Assembly (NCBI GenBank): GCA_964344415.1
Contig: CAYFMS010000002.1
Location: forward strand, 142 to 64,141
DNA length: 64,000 nucleotides
Direction of reading: 5' to 3'
Origin: an uncultured Gammaproteobacteria bacterium
GTDB taxonomy: Bacteria; Patescibacteriota; Patescibacteriia; UBA9934
Shown here: positions 26,620-36,335 of the stretch, one piece after another
How positions within the stretch are numbered: position 1 is the stretch's first letter
Layout: each line of letters starts with the position of its first letter
Made by a program: the position numbers and the translations under genes
The notes under the pieces: generated by a model
What the model was told of the DNA's origin: nothing
Database searches by the model: none
The model's input: only the letters and a program-made list of their open reading frames with translations

Positions 26620-28413
26620 ATGAGTAATAAATTACACGCCATGCGGCATTCTGCAGCACATGTACTCGCAGCAGCCGTTCAGAGGCTTTACCCTGATGCA
26701 AAATTTGGTGTCGGTCCCGTTATCGACAATGGTTTTTATTATGACATTCTTCTGCCAGATCCGATCTCTGAAAAAGATTTGAAGGGCATTCAAAGAGAAA
26801 TGATTAAAATCATTAAGGAGGGTTATGAAATGAAGCGCGAGGAAATGTCTATTGATGAAGCGGTTGATCTTTTTTCTGAAATGAAGCAAAAATTTAAGGT
26901 TGAGCTTTTGGATGCGATAAAAGAAAAGGGGACGACAAAAATAAATGCGGACGAAGCTCAGGACATTGATCCCGATTCAGATATTGTGACGGTGTATCGA
27001 ACGGGTGATTTTGTTGATTTATGCCGAGGTCCTCATGTGGAAAATGTGAAAGAGATTGGCGCATTTAAATTATGGAAATTAGCAGGTGCGTATTGGCGTG
27101 GGGATGAAAATAACCCACAAATGCAGCGCATTTACGGTCTTTGCTTTGAAACAAAAGATGAATTGAAGGCATATGAACATATGCTTGAAGAGGCGAAGAA
27201 GCGTGATCATAGAAAAATAGGTCAGGAATTAGAACTATTTACTTTTTCTGACTTGGTGGGGCCAGGCCTGCCGCTTTTTACATCGCGTGGAACTATTATG
27301 CGTGAACAGGTAACGAAATTCGTATGGGAACTCATGAAGCCTTATGGCTATGAGCGTGTGAATATCCCGCATTTAGCGAAATCGGATCTTTACAAAAAAT
27401 CTGGTCATTGGGATAAATTCGAAGATGATATTTTTCATGTTCGAAGCAAGAAAACTGATCATGAATTCGTTGTGAAGCCGATGAATTGCCCTCATCATAC
27501 GCAGATTTTCGCGTCAAAGCCACGTTCATATCGAGACCTTCCAATTCGTATGAGCGAGGTAACAACAGTGTATCGAGACGAGAATACTGGTCAGCTTCAG
27601 GGACTTACGCGTGTACGGTCAATTACTCAGGATGATGCGCATGTTTTTTGTCGAGCAGATCAGGTGAAGGATGAAGCGATGGCCCTGTATGAAATCATTT
27701 CAAAGTTTTATAAGGCATTCGACATGAAACTTGGTATGCGTCTTTCTGTGAATGACCCCGATACTCCAGAAAAGTATCTTGGTGGAGAATCTGTATGGGA
27801 GGATTCGGTTGGATCTCTTCGATCAATGCTTGAGGAGCTTGGGCAGGAATTTGAAATTGGGGTAGGTGAAGCAGCATTTTATGGTCCCAAGATTGACTTT
27901 GTTGCGATAGATGCGATTGGGCGAGAATGGCAGCTCGCCACAATTCAGCTTGATTTTGTACAGCCGGAGCGCTTTGAGCTCGAATATACGAATGCAGAAG
28001 GTGAGAAAGAGCGTCCTGTTATGATTCACAGGGCGGTACTCGGGTCCGTTGAGCGCTTCCTCGGCGTGATCATCGAACATTATGCGGGTGCATTTCCAAT
28101 GTGGCTTGCGCCAGAACAAATTCGAATTGTGCCGGTAAGCGATGATTTTGTTCCATTTGCGCGTGAATTGCATGCGAAATTCATTGCGGAAGATATTCGT
28201 TCATCCGTCGATGATTCAAAGGAAGGAGTTGGAAAGAAAATTAGAAATAGCGCAAAGATGAAGACACCTTGGACCATTGTTGTTGGGGAAAAGGAAGTGT
28301 CCGGCGGAGACTTTACGGTGAATGTCTTTGGACAGGAAGATGACATCACTATTCCGGCTGATGATATTGTGAAGGCAGCGAAAGAGGCTGCAAGTACTCC
28401 AAATGCTTCCTAA
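26620..28413 (+). CDS. thrS: threonine--tRNA ligase (lacking N-terminal TGS domain)
   Basis: 597 aa; begins at the editing-domain HxxxH zinc motif (HSAAHVLAAA); class II motifs; anticodon-binding C-terminus. Confidence 0.9.
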   Translation: MSNKLHAMRHSAAHVLAAAVQRLYPDAKFGVGPVIDNGFYYDILLPDPISEKDLKGIQREMIKIIKEGYEMKREEMSIDEAVDLFSEMKQKFKVELLDAIKEKGTTKINADEAQDIDPDSDIVTVYRTGDFVDLCRGPHVENVKEIGAFKLWKLAGAYWRGDENNPQMQRIYGLCFETKDELKAYEHMLEEAKKRDHRKIGQELELFTFSDLVGPGLPLFTSRGTIMREQVTKFVWELMKPYGYERVNIPHLAKSDLYKKSGHWDKFEDDIFHVRSKKTDHEFVVKPMNCPHHTQIFASKPRSYRDLPIRMSEVTTVYRDENTGQLQGLTRVRSITQDDAHVFCRADQVKDEAMALYEIISKFYKAFDMKLGMRLSVNDPDTPEKYLGGESVWEDSVGSLRSMLEELGQEFEIGVGEAAFYGPKIDFVAIDAIGREWQLATIQLDFVQPERFELEYTNAEGEKERPVMIHRAVLGSVERFLGVIIEHYAGAFPMWLAPEQIRIVPVSDDFVPFARELHAKFIAEDIRSSVDDSKEGVGKKIRNSAKMKTPWTIVVGEKEVSGGDFTVNVFGQEDDITIPADDIVKAAKEAASTPNAS

Positions 28414-29350
28414 GATCGTTGCCATTATTGGTCCAACCGCTTCTGGTAAAACTGACCTCGCTATCAAAATTGCGAAGGAATTTAATGGTGAAATCATTGC
28501 GACTGATTCTCGAACGATCTATCGAAAGATGAATATTGGCACAGCAAAGCCAACTCGTGACGCTGCTAATGAAGCTGCCGCGAAAGATATAACTGATCTA
28601 TTCTCTGAAAAACCATATATGGTCGAGGGAGTACCGCATTGGGGTATCGATATTGTGAATCCAGATGAGGATTATTCTGTTGCTGATTTTAAGCATTATG
28701 CCGAGCAAAAAATCGATGAAGTCCTCGAGCGTGGATCTCTACCAATTCTTGCTGGGGGAACGGGTCTATATATTTCGGCCATTGTAGATAATCTTACATT
28801 CACGGATACGGATCGCAATGAAGATTTACGAAGGGAGTTGGATGAATTGAGTGATGCAGATCTCAAAAAACGATTAGAACATCTTGATGCAGAGGCAGCA
28901 AAAACGGTTGATTTTGGTAATAGACGAAGAGTAATTCGAGCTATTGAAATTGTAGAGATGACAGGAAAGCCTCTCGCGGAGCAGCAAAGAATGGGTAGTG
29001 CAAAATACGATGTATTACAAATTGGTATCGAAGTGAATAGGGAGGATTTATATGAAAGGATTAATGATCGTGTTGAACGAATGATTGCAGACGGGTTGGT
29101 TGATGAGGTTCGAGAATTGAAGCGTGAATATGGATGTGAAGTAAATGCCATGACGGGGATTGGGTATCGGCAGATCTGCGAGTTTTTAGATGGAAAGATG
29201 AAATTGCAGGATGCGGTTGAGCTGCTCAAAAGAGATACAAGGCACTACGCAAAGAGGCAGATGACATGGTTTAAACGTGATAATCGCATTGAGTGGGTTA
29301 AAAATACAGAGGAGGCTCTAAAAATTATTCGCGGTAAGTTTCAATCATGA
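28403..29350 (+). CDS. miaA: tRNA dimethylallyltransferase
   Basis: 315 aa; P-loop IIGPTASGKTDLAIKIA; overlaps thrS by 11 nt. Confidence 0.88.
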   Translation: MLPKIVAIIGPTASGKTDLAIKIAKEFNGEIIATDSRTIYRKMNIGTAKPTRDAANEAAAKDITDLFSEKPYMVEGVPHWGIDIVNPDEDYSVADFKHYAEQKIDEVLERGSLPILAGGTGLYISAIVDNLTFTDTDRNEDLRRELDELSDADLKKRLEHLDAEAAKTVDFGNRRRVIRAIEIVEMTGKPLAEQQRMGSAKYDVLQIGIEVNREDLYERINDRVERMIADGLVDEVRELKREYGCEVNAMTGIGYRQICEFLDGKMKLQDAVELLKRDTRHYAKRQMTWFKRDNRIEWVKNTEEALKIIRGKFQS

Positions 29351-29389
29351 TGCGACAAAAATAAAAAAACGCAGACGTTCGAGTGAGGG

Positions 29390-29560
29390 CTTTGATTTGG
29401 AGGAAAGCAGGAAGTCATGGATGAGTAACGATGAAGTCTGCTGCGTCGGGTTCGACGCATAGCCCGTGAACGAATGCGTAGTGAAAAGTGCGCCCACCCA
29501 GCTCGCAGATGAAGACTCGAGTTGGATTTGGACAGTGGCTGGGTGGGCGCAAAGCAAAAG
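29390..29560. ncRNA. candidate structured non-coding element between convergent miaA and gatB
   Basis: Stems tgcgtcg-ggtt-cgacgca (29439-29458) and 13-bp stem gcgcccacccagc...gctgggtgggcgc (29491-29550); only a weak 70-aa antisense ORF covers it. No match to tmRNA, SRP or RNase P signatures that I can verify. Confidence 0.25.
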
Positions 29561-29602
29561 AACAGATGTACATTCTATAACATTCTATAAAGTATCTGTC
29601 AA

Positions 29603-29628
29603 TAAAAAATAAGCCATTTAGGCTTATT
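29603..29628 (-). terminator. rho-independent terminator after gatB
   Basis: aataagccatttaggcttatt hairpin plus T-run on the minus strand, overlapping the gatB stop. Confidence 0.6.
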
Positions 29629-31114
29629 TTAATTGTTGTCCAATGAGTTTTGCGGCAATGGCTGGATCGGCATTTCCTTTTGTTTCCTTCATGATTTGCC
29701 CAATGAAGAATTGCATTAATTTTTTCTCACCAGACTTGTATCGCTCAACTTCATCTGGATGCTCTTCAAAAACGGTTTCAAGTACGCCGAGAAGTGCATC
29801 CGCGTCATCAACGCGCTTTGCACCGAGCTCGTCAATGACATGACTTGGGTCACTACCGTCGTCGAGCATTTTAGCAAGCACTTCAAGCCCCTTTGTATTC
29901 GTCAGCTTTCCTTGAGCAATGAGGGTAATAAATTCTGCGAAGTTCTCGGGACTCACTTTCATGATACGGATATCCGTTTTTCTCTCTGCAAGCAGTCCGG
30001 GTAACTTATTCAGTAGCCAGCTTGTGAAGAGCTTATTCAACTTTTTACGCTCTTCCGGATCGGATTCGGGATCGATATCGGGTTGAGATTGCAGCCATGA
30101 TCCAAGCTCGCTGAGCGCCTGCTCTGCAAAATTGGCAAGAGCCGGATCATCAACAATTTGCCGGACATCGGTTAATTTAAATCCATACTCACTAACAAGT
30201 CTTTTACGCTTTGCATCTGGCAATTCTGGCATGCTTTTTGCAATTTCTGAAGATAAATCTTTCAGCTCCATTGGCGGAATATCTGGCTCGGGGAAGTATC
30301 GATAGTCAGCTTCTCCTTCTTTGCTGCGTTGCTCAACTGTCATTTGCTTTGCGTCATTCCATCCGCGCGTTGTCGTGACGGCAGGGGGCGTATTCATTTC
30401 CCATAATTTGGTTTGACGCTTTATTTCATATTCAATTGAGCGTTCAACCGCTTTGAATGAGTTTACATTCTTGATTTCGGTCTTTGGATGCAGTGTCGTT
30501 TCACCAACTGGTCGCATAGAAATATTCACATCACAACGAAGATGCCCCTTTTCCATATCGCCATTTGAAACATCGAGTGTACGAACAATAGATCGCAATT
30601 CACGCAAATAGGCTGTTGCTTGTGCTGGCGTACGAAAATCTGGCTTCGTCACAATTTCGCACAGCGGAGTTCCGCCGCGGTTAAAGTCGACATATGTTTT
30701 TCCATCTTCACCGTGGATATTCTTGGCTGCATCCTCTTCAAGATGCAATCGTTCAATGCCAATGCGTGTAGCGTCTTCACCCGGTACCTCGAGGTCAAGA
30801 TGTCCCTCGGACATGATCGGTAAATCATATTGAGAGATCTGATACGCTTTCGGCAAATCGGGATAAAAGTAATGCTTGCGATCGAATTTTGAATGTTCGG
30901 CAATTTGCCCATTCAATGCCAGCCCCAAAAGAATGGACCAATGAATGGCCTGCTGATTTGGTACGGGCAATACACCGGGATGTCCAAGACAAACAGGGCA
31001 AATATTCACATTTGCATTTGCAGAGTCCGATTGATTGTCGCACCGACAAAAAAGTTTACTTTTCGTTTTTAACTGGACATGTGTTTCCAGTCCAATAACA
31101 GCCTCGAATTTCAT
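29624..31114 (-). CDS. gatB: aspartyl/glutamyl-tRNA(Asn/Gln) amidotransferase subunit B
   Basis: 496 aa; conserved N-terminus MKFEAVIGLETHVQLKTKSKLFCRC; GatB/YqeY C-terminal domain. Confidence 0.92.
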   Translation of the reverse strand: MKFEAVIGLETHVQLKTKSKLFCRCDNQSDSANANVNICPVCLGHPGVLPVPNQQAIHWSILLGLALNGQIAEHSKFDRKHYFYPDLPKAYQISQYDLPIMSEGHLDLEVPGEDATRIGIERLHLEEDAAKNIHGEDGKTYVDFNRGGTPLCEIVTKPDFRTPAQATAYLRELRSIVRTLDVSNGDMEKGHLRCDVNISMRPVGETTLHPKTEIKNVNSFKAVERSIEYEIKRQTKLWEMNTPPAVTTTRGWNDAKQMTVEQRSKEGEADYRYFPEPDIPPMELKDLSSEIAKSMPELPDAKRKRLVSEYGFKLTDVRQIVDDPALANFAEQALSELGSWLQSQPDIDPESDPEERKKLNKLFTSWLLNKLPGLLAERKTDIRIMKVSPENFAEFITLIAQGKLTNTKGLEVLAKMLDDGSDPSHVIDELGAKRVDDADALLGVLETVFEEHPDEVERYKSGEKKLMQFFIGQIMKETKGNADPAIAAKLIGQQLK

Positions 31115-31542
31115 ACGCCAAGCTTAGCACAGCACATTCGGACATCGCAACCATTGTTACTCGTGAGCTTGATCGAAATCCTAAACTTGCCGCGCAAACA
31201 AAGTATACTTTCCGAAACTGCCGCCACCTGCGAGACTGTCACATTGCATGCGGCAGGAGCGAGGAATTGCAAAACAGCCGATAGGAATGAACGCATCATT
31301 GCACTAAGAAAAATAAAGACATTCCTACTCTCTGTTTTGCCCGAGCGATGACGCTCTATGCATGTGACAAAGCGAGCACTGGCGGCGTTCTTTTGCTTAC
31401 TTTTCTTTAAAGAAAAGTAAGATGAAAAAACAAGAGATCCCTGCCTGCCGGCAGGCGGGTTAAGCCCGGAATGACAGGTGGTAAACTCCCTTAAACTCCA
31501 CGGGATGCCGGATCAAGTCCGGCATGACGTAAAACTCTTCAA

Positions 31543-32427
31543 TCAAGCTTTCTTCTTCTCCTTCGTCTTTCGATAAAGCACGTAGATAGGTACAATGCTG
31601 AGCGGTGTGAAAATGACATAGAATCCCCAAGTCACGATAATATCGAGAATCCCAGCTGATCGCTCAAGCAGAGTTGGATTAAATGAGAGAAGATTTACCA
31701 GGGCAGATCCTCCATAGAATACGGCTGTATCTACGAGAATCGCAATGAGAGAAAGGAAGACAGCAATGAGGAGAATGGTGATAGCAACTGGCCACCAATT
31801 TCCTTTCACGAGACGCATGGATGACTTCATTGATTCAATAACCGTTTGGCCTTCGAGTACATATTGATAGCTGGCAAAGCTCAGCTCAACAGCATATTTA
31901 ATCATGTAAACGAGCCCAATGATTAATCCAATCAAGAAGAGAATTGCACCAATAACGCCAACGGTTGATGAAGCTGATCCAAATCCTGCCACAACAATCA
32001 GTACTGTCCCTGGAATCATCGGAATGACAAGGCAGGCGGCGAGTATAAGTGATGTAAGAATACTGATTCCGATAGCGCCAAGAAGCCATTTACCTGAACT
32101 TCGGACAATGTCTCGCACGGAAGGAATTGATCGATTATAAGCTGTATCGCAGGTCCGTATAATTCCAATACTAATCCAAATTGACACAATAGGTGCCACA
32201 ATAATTGTTGTGACAAGGCTCGCAATTGCAACGACAATTGTTAATGTTGTGAACGAATCACTGACGGCATTTACGAATGGTAGTTCATTGTATGTCGGTG
32301 CAAGAAAGAGAAGGACGGCTTGGAGAGTAGAAACAATGAAAAACCATGCAGCTATTTTCCAAAAGTATTTGAAATTATTGCGATAAAGCATCCATGCTTC
32401 ATCAATGAATTTTCCGGGAGAAAACAT
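31543..32427 (-). CDS. hypothetical polytopic membrane protein
   Basis: 294 aa; about 7 predicted TM helices; terminator hairpins downstream on minus strand. Confidence 0.5.
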   Translation of the reverse strand: MFSPGKFIDEAWMLYRNNFKYFWKIAAWFFIVSTLQAVLLFLAPTYNELPFVNAVSDSFTTLTIVVAIASLVTTIIVAPIVSIWISIGIIRTCDTAYNRSIPSVRDIVRSSGKWLLGAIGISILTSLILAACLVIPMIPGTVLIVVAGFGSASSTVGVIGAILFLIGLIIGLVYMIKYAVELSFASYQYVLEGQTVIESMKSSMRLVKGNWWPVAITILLIAVFLSLIAILVDTAVFYGGSALVNLLSFNPTLLERSAGILDIIVTWGFYVIFTPLSIVPIYVLYRKTKEKKKA

Positions 32428-32429
32428 AA

Positions 32430-33152
32430 TTATTTGATTGATATTAATTTTTTAAATAATAATTCACTTTGATGCAGTGTTTCCTCGAGTGCCGTACCGG
32501 TGTCAATCGAATGAACAGATGTTCCAGTGGCTGTAAATATAGACTGAAATTCCTCGCTATGAAAAATGTTCTGATAAGCGATTAATTTCTCCATATCCTC
32601 ATAAATGCCTTTCGACATCTCTGCTCGCTCGCGCTGCCTGGCCTGTGCAGTATCTGGATCGATGTATGTCAACACCAGATGATCCGGCGCATGCTTGATG
32701 GCATAGGTATTGCCAGGGAGTTTCATGACCTCCTCTTGGTTTATTGTATCATCCATATGGCCTTGATACACGATAGAAGTGGATACACTGCGGTCTTGTA
32801 TGATAATTTTACCGGCCTTGATTGCGGGGACGATGAGGCGACGATACTGCATATGTCGGTCGAGTGAAAAAGCATGCGCTTGCTCGATAGCCTTATATTC
32901 ATCTCCATTGAATGCTATTTCGTTACGAATTGATGACCCGATCCATGCCTTTGTTGGTTCGATAGTGAAATAAACATCATAATTGTCTATTTCGGAAAAG
33001 AGTGGAATTGAATCGTGATTTTTGTACCATTCCTGAGAATCAAATGCGCGAAGATTGCTTTGCGTGACCATATCTTTGACATGATTCAATATGGTTGTTT
33101 TTCCACTTCCGGCAATACCGTCAATGACAATAAATAGTCCCGATTTGCTCAT
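32430..33152 (-). CDS. tmk: thymidylate kinase-like (dTMP kinase)
   Basis: P-loop FIVIDGIAGSGKTT; DRSVSTSIVYQG resembles the Tmk DRYxxSxxAYQG motif; sits in a dTTP-pathway context next to dut. Confidence 0.65.
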   Translation of the reverse strand: MSKSGLFIVIDGIAGSGKTTILNHVKDMVTQSNLRAFDSQEWYKNHDSIPLFSEIDNYDVYFTIEPTKAWIGSSIRNEIAFNGDEYKAIEQAHAFSLDRHMQYRRLIVPAIKAGKIIIQDRSVSTSIVYQGHMDDTINQEEVMKLPGNTYAIKHAPDHLVLTYIDPDTAQARQRERAEMSKGIYEDMEKLIAYQNIFHSEEFQSIFTATGTSVHSIDTGTALEETLHQSELLFKKLISIK

Positions 33153-33156
33153 AGAT

Positions 33157-33588
33157 TTATTTACCTGTTGATCCGTGCCCGCCTCGATTCTTATCTCCCA
33201 ATGCGTCTACTTGAGTGAATTCGGCGCGGATATGTGGAACGATAACACCCTGCGCAACGCGGTCACCAGGTGAGAATTTCTTTTCTTCATTCGTAACATT
33301 CTCGAGTATAAGAAATATTTCATCATCATTTCCTGAATAGTCGCTATCAATGACTCCAACGTCATTTCCCATTGTTACTCCGAGTTTGAGTGGCCCGGAA
33401 GATCTAGAGAATACAAGAAGAACATGATTCTGTGGCACTTCCATCGCAAGGCCGGTGCGCACAAGTTTCATCTGTCCAGGATTCAGCTGAACATCTTCTA
33501 CGAGGTGAAAATCAAACCCGGCCGCCCCTTCTGTTTTGTATTCGGGGATGATTGCATCCGGATGAATCTTTTTTATCCTCACATTCAT
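33157..33588 (-). CDS. dut: dUTP diphosphatase
   Basis: dUTPase motifs AAGFDF, GVIDSDYSGND, RVAQGVI. Start taken at internal ATG (MNVRIKK), because the 190-aa ORF has a non-conserved N-terminal extension. Confidence 0.8.
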   Translation of the reverse strand: MNVRIKKIHPDAIIPEYKTEGAAGFDFHLVEDVQLNPGQMKLVRTGLAMEVPQNHVLLVFSRSSGPLKLGVTMGNDVGVIDSDYSGNDDEIFLILENVTNEEKKFSPGDRVAQGVIVPHIRAEFTQVDALGDKNRGGHGSTGK

Positions 33589-33644
33589 ATGCAGATAGCT
33601 TAGCAGATAACTTAGCCATTTTTTGATCTTTTCCACATGTAAAA

Positions 33645-35537
33645 TTGCCCAGAGTGGATTCTTCGCATAAGGTGATCGCGTGGCAGGGAGGGATGCGAAC
33701 CATGCTTGCGCATATGAATAAACTCCCAACAGAATTTACACAAAGCCTTTGTCATGTTTTTCAGGACAAAGAATCAGGCGAATTATATGTCGCCATAGGT
33801 GACGGTCGGCAATTGCCGTATCGTCAATTTATACAGGATAGCGTTTTTCAAATGGCGCGGTCCTATTTTTTGTCTCCAACGAGCAATATTACAGCGGTCA
33901 ATCCTCGTAAGCTTGCTGGACTTATTGGAGCGATGCTTGCTCGCCAATCTCGTGCGCCAGGAACGGTGATCGAAGTTCTTGTAAATGAATTCTTAGTTAC
34001 AGATCCTGATGAGGCTGCGGAATTGGGTGTGAATGTAGGTGATCTAAGAGAAGGGAAGCTCGACGCGCTCATTGAACGTATTCTGATTCAATACGGCGAT
34101 GATTCGGTTCAGGAGCTTGAATTTTCAACGGTTCTGTTCAACTCGGTTTCAAATCTTGCTGCGAAAGCGATTGAGGATAGGCGTCTCGGTGCCTTTATTG
34201 AACAATCAAGTCGCTACGTCTATTACAATCAAAAAGATCCGATCACGGATAGCTGGTATTATTATCGGCCAGAAGAAATACTGAATTCACATTTGAAGGA
34301 TCGGTACATTGAAGTCATGGATGCATGCTTTGAATTGTATGCAAAGCTCGCGGATCAGCTTGAAACACATTATCGAAATATCAAGCCACTCGAGTCATGT
34401 GAATATGCGATTAAGCCAAATGACAAGAAAAAATACCGCTTCAATGAATTAGACAATCCAAAGCAGAAACGATTATTTAAACGCACATACGGTTTTGATA
34501 TTCGGACAAAGGCGGCTGACACATCAAGAATTATGCTTCCTGCGGGGACACTTACGAGTCTTGCAATGGTGGCAAATGGCCGAACCTTCGAGCATCTTTT
34601 AAAGCGGCTCTATTCATCTCCATACGGTGAATTCAAGGATATTGCTCGCAAAGGGCATGAAACGCTCAACAAAGTCATTCCAAAATATGTGAAGCGGGCG
34701 AATCCGGAGGGAGAGAAATTCTGGATGCAGGTTGATGATGATATTCGAAATGATTTGCGAGAAGCCATTCCTGCGGCTATGAGTTTTGATGGTGATGATA
34801 CGGAAGTGAAATTGCTCGATGTGCCTCGATTGATGTCGAGTGACCCAGATGCGCGCATTCACTATCTTGCGGCGGCGTATTTCCCATATGCTCGAACGGA
34901 TTATGGGCGTATTGTGAATGAATTGCGAGCATTGCCAGCAGAGCGAGTTGCGGAATTATTTAGACATGCTATTGGCGCCCGTGAAACGCGGCGTGATCGG
35001 TCTCCTCGAGGATTCGAGCATGGGTATGATATTACGGCGGAAATTGTAGGGGACTTTGGAATTTTCCGAGATTTGCATCGCCATCGCATGTGTACACTTC
35101 AGTGGCAGCGTCCAAATCCGCATCTAGGATTTATTATCCCTCAGGATATTGTCGATATCGGTCTTGCTGATGAATGTCGAGCAGTTGAGCAGCAGGTGAG
35201 GGCGCTTTATGATGATATTTCTTCAAGCCTTGATCCGTATTTGGCCGAATATGTGACATTATTTGGTCACAAAATTCGTTTTACAATTGGTATGAATTTA
35301 CGTGAATCGCAGCATTTGCTCGAGCTTCGAACCGTGAAGCAGGGACATCCGAATTATCGGCGTGTTTGTCAGAAGATTCACAACGAAATGAGGCGTCGCG
35401 CTCCGTGGATTGATGAATGTGATGTGCTGAAATTCGTGGATCATAACAGTTACAGTTGGGCCCGCGCTGATGCGGAAGCTCGGCAAAGTCAAAAAATGAT
35501 TGAGCGCAAGATCGATGATGAAATGATTAATGAATAA
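33645..35537 (+). CDS. ThyX-like protein, long form with two ThyX-like halves (putative flavin-dependent thymidylate synthase)
   Basis: 630 aa. First half carries DRRLGAFIEQSSRYV, resembling the ThyX RHRxxSxxxxSQRY signature. Second half carries LHRHRMCTLQWQ (RHR motif). Embedded between dut/tmk and dcd. Confidence 0.45.
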   Translation: MPRVDSSHKVIAWQGGMRTMLAHMNKLPTEFTQSLCHVFQDKESGELYVAIGDGRQLPYRQFIQDSVFQMARSYFLSPTSNITAVNPRKLAGLIGAMLARQSRAPGTVIEVLVNEFLVTDPDEAAELGVNVGDLREGKLDALIERILIQYGDDSVQELEFSTVLFNSVSNLAAKAIEDRRLGAFIEQSSRYVYYNQKDPITDSWYYYRPEEILNSHLKDRYIEVMDACFELYAKLADQLETHYRNIKPLESCEYAIKPNDKKKYRFNELDNPKQKRLFKRTYGFDIRTKAADTSRIMLPAGTLTSLAMVANGRTFEHLLKRLYSSPYGEFKDIARKGHETLNKVIPKYVKRANPEGEKFWMQVDDDIRNDLREAIPAAMSFDGDDTEVKLLDVPRLMSSDPDARIHYLAAAYFPYARTDYGRIVNELRALPAERVAELFRHAIGARETRRDRSPRGFEHGYDITAEIVGDFGIFRDLHRHRMCTLQWQRPNPHLGFIIPQDIVDIGLADECRAVEQQVRALYDDISSSLDPYLAEYVTLFGHKIRFTIGMNLRESQHLLELRTVKQGHPNYRRVCQKIHNEMRRRAPWIDECDVLKFVDHNSYSWARADAEARQSQKMIERKIDDEMINE

Positions 35538-35735
35538 AAAAAAGGGCCTTGATGGCTCTTTTTACTACCAAAATTCGCCAAAATAATCATATAAGTGTAG
35601 ATCGGCACTTATATGGAAAAAGGGCTAATTTTAGCTATTTACCATTGACGAAGCCGTCATCTTTTGCTATTCTTACTCTTCCTTTACCAATCAGGGTGAG
35701 GATTCACGCGCTAGAAAAAGCGCAAGGAGTTTGTC

Positions 35736-36224
35736 ATGACGACCAACATTGTCACCGACGAGCAGCTGGGCGTTCTCGCCCGGCGTCAACATGATCTTTC
35801 AGGTCGATTCATCGACTGCGACGCGCAGCCTTTCGTCCCGGACGGTTGGAGTGTGGAAGAGCATCGCAAGGGCGGGCTGCTAGAGTTCGATCCTGCAAAG
35901 ATCGAACTCTACCTCGACCGCCGGCAGAAGAGTGGTAAGATCGTCGGCCATTATTTCCGGCAGAAGCTGGTAGATAAGCCTGTGCTCAACGCATGCGTGC
36001 TCGACCACCTGCTCGCCAACACGGCTCTCATCCCAGGGGATTGGAAGCGTGATGAACAGGGCAGGACACGCTATATTTACTTCTGGGGAACGGTTTACCG
36101 CGACTCGATTGCCTATCAGCGCGTGCGTTACCTCTGCTGGAGCGGCGGGCGGTGGCAATGGCGCTCCGGCGAGCTCGACCGCGGCTGGCACGATCGGGGT
36201 CCGGCTGCGATTCTAGCGAGTTAA
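35736..36224 (+). CDS. hypothetical protein encoded by a GC-rich island
   Basis: 162 aa; AAGGAG RBS 8 nt upstream; strong 14-bp hairpin plus T6 terminator at 36294-36335; markedly higher GC than its neighbours. Confidence 0.45.
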   Translation: MTTNIVTDEQLGVLARRQHDLSGRFIDCDAQPFVPDGWSVEEHRKGGLLEFDPAKIELYLDRRQKSGKIVGHYFRQKLVDKPVLNACVLDHLLANTALIPGDWKRDEQGRTRYIYFWGTVYRDSIAYQRVRYLCWSGGRWQWRSGELDRGWHDRGPAAILAS

Positions 36225-36293
36225 GAACTGAGGGCTTTGGGACTTTGAACTTCTGTTCTTTGTCCCTTGACTCTTTGTCCTTTGCTTCGCTAG

Positions 36294-36335
36294 GGGTTAT
36301 GAATGACAGGAATATCATTCATAACCCCTTTTTTA
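36294..36335 (+). terminator. strong hairpin terminator after the GC-rich ORF (abuts the dcd stop)
   Basis: ggggttatgaatga-caggaata-tcattcataacccc (14-bp perfect stem) followed by tttttt. Confidence 0.7.

Noticed and set aside
29430-29470. tmRNA 5' motif (GGGTTCGACG)
   Set aside because: No GGGG 5' end at the expected spacing, no tRNA-like 3' acceptor/T-arm ending in CCA, and no tag-peptide reading frame. Kept only as a generic structured-RNA candidate.
31079-31351. 90-aa ORF in the gatB upstream intergenic region
   Set aside because: No RBS, overlaps the gatB start, lies in a region dominated by terminator hairpins and repeat motifs. More likely non-coding.
35549-35794. 81-aa ORF preceding the GC-rich 162-aa ORF
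   Set aside because: Spans the AT-rich spacer into the GC island in a different frame, without an RBS. The downstream ORF has a proper AAGGAG RBS.
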